DNA of 5,987 nucleotides from a virus (Duplodnaviria; Heunggongvirae; Uroviricota; Caudoviricetes): IMG/VR virus record IMGVR_UViG_2695420643_000008, positions 1 to 5,987 of that record; one strand, 5' to 3'. Shown piece by piece: positions 1 to 4,640 of this stretch (position 1 is its first letter; each line of letters starts with the position of its first letter). The notes under the pieces were generated by a model. It saw only the letters and a program-made list of their open reading frames with translations, ran no database searches and was not told where the DNA came from. The position numbers and the translations under genes were made by a program.

Positions 1-1
1 C

Positions 2-112
2 TGCATGTTCGGCAAGAACATCACCAGTCCCGCAAATCCGCGCGAGACGCAGCCGCATTTCTTCGAATCCCGATTCTCTGAGCTGTTAAAGCTGCTCGAT
101 ACCGTTCATTGA
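2..112 (+). CDS. 3' end of an upstream phage gene (partial, 5' truncated by window); product unknown
   Basis: Frame 2 is open from the window start to TGA at 110-112, ending 1 nt before the GTG start of the next gene (operon-style coupling). Translation ...FFESRFSELLKLLDTVH gives no recognisable family. The other two frames stop earlier (81, 89). Confidence 0.3.
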   Translation, partial: CMFGKNITSPANPRETQPHFFESRFSELLKLLDTVH

Positions 113-113
113 G

Positions 114-1109
114 GTGACCGTGAGAGCACTACTGACCCCTGAAATTGCCCCGCGTATGGGGATCGTATTGTTCAGGCCAGGTTCAGAGCTGATGCCCCTG
201 TTTATGCAGGGGCGTGTCCTGCTGGAGCCTGAGCCGGAACGTTATTCATCTTTCGCCAGTGGTGCCGTTCCGGCGGCATCACAACCGCTGGCGGATGATC
301 CTGCCGTTCGGGCCGTGTTCCGCAATGAGGCAGTGATCCGTCGTGCTGGTGGCGTGGAATGTCTTGAAAGCTGGTTACTTCGTGAAAAAGGCTGCCAGTG
401 GCCTCATTCCGACTGGCACAGCGAGAACATGACCACAATGCGACACGCTCCGGGTGCAATCCGTCTGTGCTGGCACTGCGATAACCAGCTGCGCGATCAG
501 TTCACGGAACGGCTGGAATCAATGGCAACGGATAACTGTGCCCGCTGGGTGTTGTCTGTTGTGCGTCGGGATCTCGGTTTTGATGACAGTCACGTTGTGA
601 CAATGCCGGAACTGTGCTGGTGGCTGATTCGTAATGATCTGGCGGATGCCTTACCGGAAAGTGCAGCCCGTAAGGCACTGAGATTACCGAAGCCTGTTGT
701 GCCGTCTGTTACCCGGGAAAGTGACCTTGTGCCTTCGGTTCCTGCCACCAGCATCATTCAGGATAAGGCGAAAAAGGTGCTGGCGCTGAAAGTGGATCCG
801 GAGTCGCCGGAGTCTTTTATGTTACGCCCAAAACGTCGCCGCTGGGTTAATGAAAAGTACACGCGCTGGGTTAAGACACAGCCGTGTGCATGTTGTGGAA
901 AGCCCGCTGATGATCCCCACCACCTGATAGGTCACGGTCAGGGTGGAATGGGAACAAAAGCGCATGACCTTTTTGTGTTGCCTTTGTGCAGAAAGCATCA
1001 CGACGAGCTGCATGCGGATACCGTGGCATTTGAAGAGAAGTATGGCTCCCAGCTGGAGCTGATATTTCGTTTTATCGATCGTGCGCTGGCAATTGGCGTG
1101 CTGGCCTGA
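114..1109 (+). CDS. DUF968-like (YdfU-like) lambdoid nin-region protein with a Cys/His-rich C-terminal motif
   Basis: 331-aa ORF from the track, GTG start at 114 abutting the upstream stop. C-terminus has CACCGKPADDPHH...CRKHHDELH, an HNH/zinc-finger-like Cys/His pattern I recall from DUF968 proteins that sit just upstream of Q in lambdoid prophages. Position immediately before Q is consistent. No search run. Confidence 0.75.
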   Translation: MTVRALLTPEIAPRMGIVLFRPGSELMPLFMQGRVLLEPEPERYSSFASGAVPAASQPLADDPAVRAVFRNEAVIRRAGGVECLESWLLREKGCQWPHSDWHSENMTTMRHAPGAIRLCWHCDNQLRDQFTERLESMATDNCARWVLSVVRRDLGFDDSHVVTMPELCWWLIRNDLADALPESAARKALRLPKPVVPSVTRESDLVPSVPATSIIQDKAKKVLALKVDPESPESFMLRPKRRRWVNEKYTRWVKTQPCACCGKPADDPHHLIGHGQGGMGTKAHDLFVLPLCRKHHDELHADTVAFEEKYGSQLELIFRFIDRALAIGVLA

Positions 1110-1126
1110 TTTTGTGGAGAAAGTTG

Positions 1127-1498
1127 ATGCGTGATATTCAAATGGTTCTTGAACGTTGGGGGGCATGGGTGGCAAATAATCACGAGGATGTGGAATGGTC
1201 ATCTGTTGCTGCAGGTTTTAAGGGATTAATTCCTTCGAAAGTAAAATCCCGCCCGCAATGTAGCGATGACGATGGCCTGATCATTAGCTCTGCGATGACA
1301 GTTCTTAAGAAAAAGGAACCGTATCAATACGAATTACTGGAAATGTATTATGTGTATGGGGTTACATTACGGGCGTTGGGGGTAAAACTGGGGATATCAC
1401 TTAATCAGGTTGTTATCAGACTGCAGAAAGCTGAAGGGTTTATTGACGGTTGTCTGGCAATGTTGGGGGTATCTTTAGAAATTGATTGTTACATATAG
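1127..1498 (+). CDS. Late-gene antitermination protein Q (short QuuD/Q933W-like family)
   Basis: Translation MRDIQMVLERWGAWVANNHEDVEWSSVAAGFKGLIPSKVKSRPQC... closely matches my recollection of the ~127-aa Q antiterminators of DLP12 (QuuD) and Stx phages. ATG at 1127 is preceded by GGAGAAAG (1116-1123); the track ORF starts at an upstream TTG (1112), which I consider less likely. Confidence 0.85.
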   Translation: MRDIQMVLERWGAWVANNHEDVEWSSVAAGFKGLIPSKVKSRPQCSDDDGLIISSAMTVLKKKEPYQYELLEMYYVYGVTLRALGVKLGISLNQVVIRLQKAEGFIDGCLAMLGVSLEIDCYI

Positions 1499-1535
1499 TA
1501 ATAAATTCAATCAAAGTAAATAATCATATTTTATT

Positions 1536-1572
1536 ATAACCTCCTGATGATACCTGTTCATCGGGAGGTTAT
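1536..1572 (+). promoter_or_regulatory. 15-bp-stem inverted repeat (7-nt loop) that buries the moron ribosome-binding site
   Basis: 1536-1550 (ATATAACCTCCTGATGA) pairs with 1558-1572 (TCATCGGGAGGTTAT) with one G-U wobble; loop TACCTGT. The 3' arm contains the GGGAGG Shine-Dalgarno (1563-1568) 5 nt before ATG 1574. No U-tract follows, so it is not a canonical intrinsic terminator. Confidence 0.6.
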
Positions 1573-1573
1573 T

Positions 1574-2191
1574 ATGGATAAAAATGTAGAGCATGTATTA
1601 GTTGATGCAATTGAAAATAAGCAATCTTTAACAGTCGTTTACTTAGGAGGGAGCCAGCCCGGAACATTAAGGAATATTTCTCCGATTAGTATAAATGGGG
1701 ATAAATTGCGGGCAAGATGCCATAGTTCTGGAGCAGTAAAGGTTTTCAATCTTGGGAAAATACAGTTACCCAGTGACTCCTGCGCGGTATCTATGCACTA
1801 TGGAGATTTAGAAGTTAAAGCTTATGAGACGATGCAGAGCGTAAATGACAACTTTCATGCCCTTTATCCTGAAGGACGATGGGGTGTTGATTTTAATGAG
1901 CATCGCTTTGCTTTATTTGATTTTTTTAAAAACGGGAAACGAAAAAAAACGGCATTTATGGCAATTGAGTTCAGGGAAAGAGATGAAGAGAAAATAATAA
2001 CAGGTGTAACAATTGATATTGGTATATCTGGAACAGTGATTTCTGAGAAGTCCCGAATCCCAAAAAGACGACCATGGGTAGTGGTTGGTCCCGAACACGG
2101 AGAATACAGTACTTATTCAACTTTGGACAAGGCTGCTACAGCGTTTTTTGAGAGGCTTTCGTTGATAGCATCCGGCCTGGAAGATAATTGA
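1574..2191 (+). CDS. AT-rich moron protein (205 aa) with WYL-like N-terminal domain; function unknown
   Basis: ORF track 1547..2191; I prefer ATG 1574 because GGGAGG sits 5 nt upstream, whereas ATG 1547 is preceded by the anti-SD-like CCTCCT. Visibly more AT-rich than its flanks (not computed). Residues ~17-65 (SLTVVYLGGSQPGTLRNISPISINGDKLRARCHSSGAVKVFNLGKI) follow the WYL-domain pattern as I recall it. Rare codons are heavy: 6 ATA, 3 AGA, 3 AGG, 4 CGA. Confidence 0.65.
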   Translation: MDKNVEHVLVDAIENKQSLTVVYLGGSQPGTLRNISPISINGDKLRARCHSSGAVKVFNLGKIQLPSDSCAVSMHYGDLEVKAYETMQSVNDNFHALYPEGRWGVDFNEHRFALFDFFKNGKRKKTAFMAIEFRERDEEKIITGVTIDIGISGTVISEKSRIPKRRPWVVVGPEHGEYSTYSTLDKAATAFFERLSLIASGLEDN

Positions 2192-2316
2192 TTTTATGTT
2201 TGGTATTCAGAGTTCGCCGTGCTTAAGTCAAGATTCTAAAAATACTGAATGAGCTACTTGTGTTATAACAAAAATGCTATTAGTGTGTTAAGAGTGGTTA
2301 CTTCGCCACACAACTT

Positions 2317-2341
2317 AAACCCGCCGCTGAGCGGGTTTTTC
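2317..2341 (+). terminator. Rho-independent terminator downstream of the moron
   Basis: AAACCCGC (2317-2324) pairs perfectly with GCGGGTTT (2331-2338) around loop CGCTGA, followed by TT; the T run overlaps the 3' arm. Confidence 0.6.
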
Positions 2342-2523
2342 TGTACCCGGAATTCTGTGGCTATCCAGAAAGCTCATGGAAAGAGGAGAAAGGCAATAAT
2401 TTATAACAAAATCTTAAAGATCGCCTTGTATACTATTAGTTTTGTAAATATTGTGTATTTTGAGTATTGCAGGATAACCCTGTGACGAAGTTAGTGTAAC
2501 AACACTTTTGCTCTACGAGTTTC

Positions 2524-2552
2524 GCCAGCCTCCCCCAGTGGCTGGCTTTTTT
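2524..2552 (+). terminator. Rho-independent terminator, candidate tR' of the late promoter
   Basis: Perfect 7-bp stem GCCAGCC (2524-2530) / GGCTGGC (2540-2546), 9-nt loop, then TTTTTT (2547-2552). It sits upstream of the tRNA cluster and downstream of an AT-rich promoter-like stretch. Confidence 0.65.
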
Positions 2553-2554
2553 AT

Positions 2555-2674
2555 GTCCGTAGCGTCAAAGCAGCAATGGCGCTGGGGCGTCGTGCAATTG
2601 GCGTTGAGCTGGAGAGCGGGCGTTTTGAGCAGACGGTCAGGGAAGTTCAGAATGTAGTCAGTCAGAACGGATGA
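2555..2674 (+). pseudogene. 3' remnant of a DNA methyltransferase gene (C-terminal ~35 codons only)
   Basis: In-frame translation ...YVRSVKAAMALGRRAIGVELESGRFEQTVREVQNVVSQNG* (stop 2672-2674). The AA..LGRR.IG.E motif resembles the C-terminal end of N6/N4 DNA methyltransferases. No N-terminal catalytic region exists upstream, since the frame runs into the terminator hairpin. Confidence 0.45.
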
Positions 2675-2714
2675 TATTGCAGAATTAGTTACGTACCGTT
2701 ATTATCCTGCGCCC

Positions 2715-2790
2715 GGCCCTTTAGCTCAGTGGTGAGAGCGAGCGACTCATAATCGCCAGGTCGCTGGTTCAAATCCAGCAAGGGCCACCA
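2715..2790 (+). tRNA. ileZ: tRNA-Ile2 (anticodon CAU, lysidine type; tRNAscan would probably report Met-CAT), ileX/ileZ-like
   Basis: 76-nt cloverleaf folded by hand: acceptor GGCCCTT/AAGGGCC, D-arm GCTC/GAGC, anticodon loop CTCATAA (CAT at 2748-2750), T-arm GCTGG-TTCAAAT-CCAGC, encoded CCA. Sequence is close to E. coli ileX as I recall it. The gene name is taken from the Stx-phage ileZ-argN-argO cluster and is an inference. Confidence 0.9.
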
Positions 2791-2797
2791 TCACATA

Positions 2798-2874
2798 CCG
2801 CCATTAGCTCATCGGGATAGAGCGTCAGCCTTCGAAGCTGGCTGTGCGGGGTTCAAGTCCCCGATGGCGGTCCA
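2798..2874 (+). tRNA. argN: tRNA-Arg (anticodon UCG)
   Basis: 77-nt cloverleaf: acceptor CCGCCAT/ATGGCGG, D-arm GCTC/GAGC, anticodon stem TCAGC/GCTGG, loop CTTCGAA (TCG at 2832-2834), T-arm CGGGG-TTCAAGT-CCCCG, encoded CCA. Gene name by analogy to Stx-phage clusters; uncertain. Confidence 0.85.
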
Positions 2875-2887
2875 TTATCAGCATCAT

Positions 2888-2964
2888 GCGTTGTTAGCTC
2901 AGTCGGACAGAGCAATTGCCTTCTAAGCAATCGGTCACTGGTTCGAATCCAGTACAACGCGCCA
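2888..2964 (+). tRNA. argO: tRNA-Arg (anticodon UCU)
   Basis: 77-nt cloverleaf: acceptor GCGTTGT/ACAACGC, anticodon stem ATTGC/GCAAT, loop CTTCTAA (TCT at 2922-2924), T-loop TTCGAAT, encoded CCA. Gene name by analogy; uncertain. Confidence 0.9.
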
Positions 2965-2977
2965 TATTTATTTACTT

Positions 2978-3002
2978 GGCTCGCTTTTGCGGGCCTTTTT
3001 TT
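2978..3002 (+). terminator. Rho-independent terminator after the tRNA cluster
   Basis: Stem GGCTCGC (2978-2984) / GCGGGCC (2989-2995) with one G-U pair, TTTT loop, then TTTTTTT (2996-3002). Confidence 0.7.
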
Positions 3003-3018
3003 GTATCTGCGTTACACC
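2989..3018 (+). repeat. Copy 1 of an imperfect ~30-bp direct repeat (terminator 3' arm, T-tract and GTATCYGCG flank)
   Basis: GCGGGCCTTTTTTTGTATCTGCGTTACACC aligns with 3586-3614 at about 23 of 30 positions with one gap, by hand alignment. Confidence 0.45.
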
Positions 3019-3054
3019 ATTAACTAATAAATCGAGTGCTTATCAGGAGGCTAT

Positions 3055-3279
3055 GTGAAAAAACTGATGGTGACGATTGGTCCGTTCGAAACAGAAGTTA
3101 GTTTTCGTGTTGTTCAGGGGGAGAGTGTACTTGTTGAAGATGTATTTCATGGAAAATCAACAGGTCCTTATGTAAAAGAATATCTTATCGACGCCACGGA
3201 TGAAAATATTGAGGTGGTGTACGATTCCGTCAATCACCCTGATTTGATCATTAAGGCAAAATTGAAGCCACTTTATTGA
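3055..3279 (+). CDS. Hypothetical small acidic protein (74 aa)
   Basis: ORF track entry. GTG start preceded by AGGAGG (3045-3050) with a 4-nt spacer. No competing minus-strand ORF of 61 aa or more. Translation MKKLMVTIGPFETEVSFRVVQGESVLVEDVFHGK... has no family I recognise. Confidence 0.55.
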   Translation: MKKLMVTIGPFETEVSFRVVQGESVLVEDVFHGKSTGPYVKEYLIDATDENIEVVYDSVNHPDLIIKAKLKPLY

Positions 3280-3331
3280 TCTGACCGGGAGCAATCATAA
3301 AATATCTCTGGGTACCCACAAGGAGATAAAT

Positions 3332-3541
3332 ATGTTTGTTTCTGAAGTGTTAATGGAAGATAAGGACAACAAAGGATGGGTTAAAGGTTGGGCTGTGGTA
3401 AGAAGCTCGCCCTGGCATCTTGTTGGGGTTTTTGCGACAGAGGAAGACGCAGAAACGGAAGCAAGAAAGATGGGAGATAAGTACGAGGTTCACTATGGCT
3501 CGCATCGAACAGGAAGTGATGATTTTGTCTGGGGGGAGTAA
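3332..3541 (+). CDS. Hypothetical small acidic protein (69 aa), possibly DUF2188-like
   Basis: ATG preceded by AAGGAGA (about 8-nt spacer). The GWAVV...FATEEDAETEARKMG...YEVHYGSHRTGSDD pattern resembles the GWAV...EA..A...HG.DG signature I recall for DUF2188 small phage/bacterial proteins (low certainty). All three Arg codons are rare (AGA, AGA, CGA). Confidence 0.6.
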   Translation: MFVSEVLMEDKDNKGWVKGWAVVRSSPWHLVGVFATEEDAETEARKMGDKYEVHYGSHRTGSDDFVWGE

Positions 3542-3575
3542 CAGTCGTTTAACCCCAGAATAATCCCGTAACTGA

Positions 3576-3600
3576 GGTCGCTATTGGCGGCCTTTTTTGT
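3576..3600 (+). terminator. Rho-independent terminator after the two-gene cassette
   Basis: Stem GGTCGC (3576-3581) / GCGGCC (3587-3592) with one G-U pair, 5-nt loop, then TTTTTT (3593-3598) GT. Confidence 0.65.
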
Positions 3601-3614
3601 ATCCGCGCCACGCC
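3586..3614 (+). repeat. Copy 2 of the imperfect ~30-bp direct repeat
   Basis: GGCGGCCTTTTTTGTATCCGCGCCACGCC; shares GGCCTTTTTT(T)GTATC[T/C]GCG..AC.CC with 2989-3018. Confidence 0.45.
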
Positions 3615-3730
3615 CGGCGCATATCAACCACAGAGCCTTTCGGGGGTGAGCTTACGGAGTGGTCAGTGTGACTTTCTCTGTGGGCAGATCGCTCCCGGGC
3701 GTTGGCTCACCCACCCAAAGGAACGTCACG

Positions 3731-4162
3731 ATGTTTGGTATTTTTGGTAAAAAAGCCCGCCGAGCGGCAGTGGAAATTAAAAAGTTTGAGAAACGTGATC
3801 TGGCACAGGCGGTTATTAATGCTGCCTATCTGGTGGCCTATGCAGATGGTGAATGTGAGGCTTCAGAGAAAGCGAAGATCGAGCAGATCTTGCGTAACCA
3901 GCCTGCGTTGTCCGCGTTTACGTCAGAAATTAATGCGATTAGCGCAACCATTATCGGTCAGCTGGATACGAACTTTAAAATTGGTCGTCGAGCGGCATTG
4001 CGTGAAATTGAAGATGTGAAACACGATACGCGTGAAGCGGAAGATGTGCTGGATGTGGCGGTGGCCATTGCGGAGGCAGACGGCGAAATTGAGCCGGAAG
4101 AGCGCAAGGTGCTGGAAGAGATTGCCGGTGTTCTGGGTCTTCGTCTGGAGAATCACCAGTGA
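3731..4162 (+). CDS. TerB-family (tellurite-resistance TerB-like) protein, 143 aa
   Basis: Track ORF 3659..4162; I prefer ATG 3731 because AAGGA sits 8 nt upstream and the N-terminal extension from GTG 3659 looks non-protein-like. Two ADG-centred acidic helical motifs (YADGECEASEKAKIEQIL and EADGEIEPEERKVLEEIAGVLGL) are typical of TerB-like domains. Confidence 0.8.
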   Translation: MFGIFGKKARRAAVEIKKFEKRDLAQAVINAAYLVAYADGECEASEKAKIEQILRNQPALSAFTSEINAISATIIGQLDTNFKIGRRAALREIEDVKHDTREAEDVLDVAVAIAEADGEIEPEERKVLEEIAGVLGLRLENHQ

Positions 4163-4326
4163 CGGTAAAACTGCGCCTGGCTGTGGCTGCACTCCTGCTG
4201 TTTCTGGTGGTGATGGTGGATTTCACCAGCAGAATCATGTCGGTGCTGGCGGATGGGGTGCTGGTCTGCGGCATTGTGGTATTGCTGTGGCCGGTGATAA
4301 AAAGAAACAGCCTGCATAATGCTTGA
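4159..4326 (+). CDS. Small hydrophobic protein (55 aa, two predicted transmembrane helices), translationally coupled to the TerB-like gene
   Basis: GTG 4159 overlaps the TerB stop (GTGA). Translation MTVKLRLAVAALLLFLVVMVDFTSRIMSVLADGVLVCGIVVLLWPVIKRNSLHNA* shows two hydrophobic stretches and a basic C-terminus. Absent from the ORF track, which appears to list only ORFs of about 61 aa or more. Coding status rests on coupling and hydropathy only. Confidence 0.5.
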   Translation: MTVKLRLAVAALLLFLVVMVDFTSRIMSVLADGVLVCGIVVLLWPVIKRNSLHNA

Positions 4327-4525
4327 TTTTTTTATTTGCTGTTTATTAAAAATACTACTGCATGGTGAATCCCCCTGTGCGGAGGGGCGATCAGCAACCA
4401 GGTATATGGGATAATCGCGGATTCAGGTGCTGATACTGAATTCACCGGGAGGCACCCGGCACCATGCTTTGCCGCAAAAGTGTTGTTTCTGTTTTTCTCA
4501 AACTATCATCGTTATCCCTTTATTT

Positions 4526-4554
4526 CCGGCTGCGCATGGCGTGGCCTTTTTTTT
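4526..4554 (+). terminator. Rho-independent terminator upstream of nanS-p
   Basis: Stem GGCTGCGC (4528-4535) / GCGTGGCC (4539-4546) with two G-U wobbles, 3-nt loop, then TTTTTTTT (4547-4554). The short loop makes this less certain. Confidence 0.5.
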
Positions 4555-4640
4555 ACGACCAGCCACTGGCAGATGGCCATCCTGTAATTTGATTCCGGTT
4601 CCGGCTTTTTAACTCTGTTCCTGTACACGGGAGAAATTCG

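Noticed and set aside
1112-1126. TTG at 1112 as the Q start (track ORF start)
   Set aside because: ATG 1127 has a better-placed GGAGAAAG site and gives the MRDIQMVLERWG N-terminus typical of this Q family.
202-1202. Minus-strand ORFs 202..459, 822..1202 and 998..1183
   Set aside because: Shadow ORFs antisense to the DUF968 and Q genes; no independent start signals and implausible translations.
1499-1535. Defined sigma-70 promoter for the moron (TTCAAT-N17-TTTTAT or TATAAC near 1535)
   Set aside because: Several weak hexamer combinations exist in this AT-rich stretch, but none is convincing enough to annotate without transcript mapping.
1547-1573. Upstream ATG (1547) as start of the moron ORF
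   Set aside because: It lies inside the 5' arm of the hairpin and is preceded by CCTCCT rather than a Shine-Dalgarno; ATG 1574 has GGGAGG at ideal spacing.
1913-2098. Minus-strand 61-aa ORF inside the moron
   Set aside because: Antisense shadow of the AT-rich moron CDS.
2249-2485. 78-aa + strand ORF in the AT-rich spacer
   Set aside because: No Shine-Dalgarno, low-complexity AT-driven translation, and it reads straight through the terminator hairpin (2317-2341) and the promoter-like region. Most likely non-coding.
3659-3730. GTG 3659 as start of the TerB-like gene (167-aa version)
   Set aside because: The N-terminal extension (VSVTFSVGRSLPGVGSPTQRNVT) lacks protein-like character and has no ribosome-binding site; ATG 3731 has AAGGA upstream.
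3702-4319. Alternative-frame and antisense ORFs (3702..4019 +, 4032..4319 +, 3923..4192 -, 3975..4274 -)
   Set aside because: All overlap the TerB-like and membrane-protein genes out of frame or antisense; Arg/Trp/Cys-rich translations typical of off-frame reading of GC-rich coding DNA.
4427-4612. 61-aa + strand ORF in the intergenic leader
   Set aside because: No ribosome-binding site, spans the terminator hairpin, and the translation looks non-protein-like.
3003-4640. Shiga toxin genes stxA/stxB at the expected position
   Set aside because: No ORF of suitable size (about 319 aa and 89 aa with signal peptides) or recognisable Stx sequence is present between the tRNAs and nanS-p; other cargo occupies the interval.
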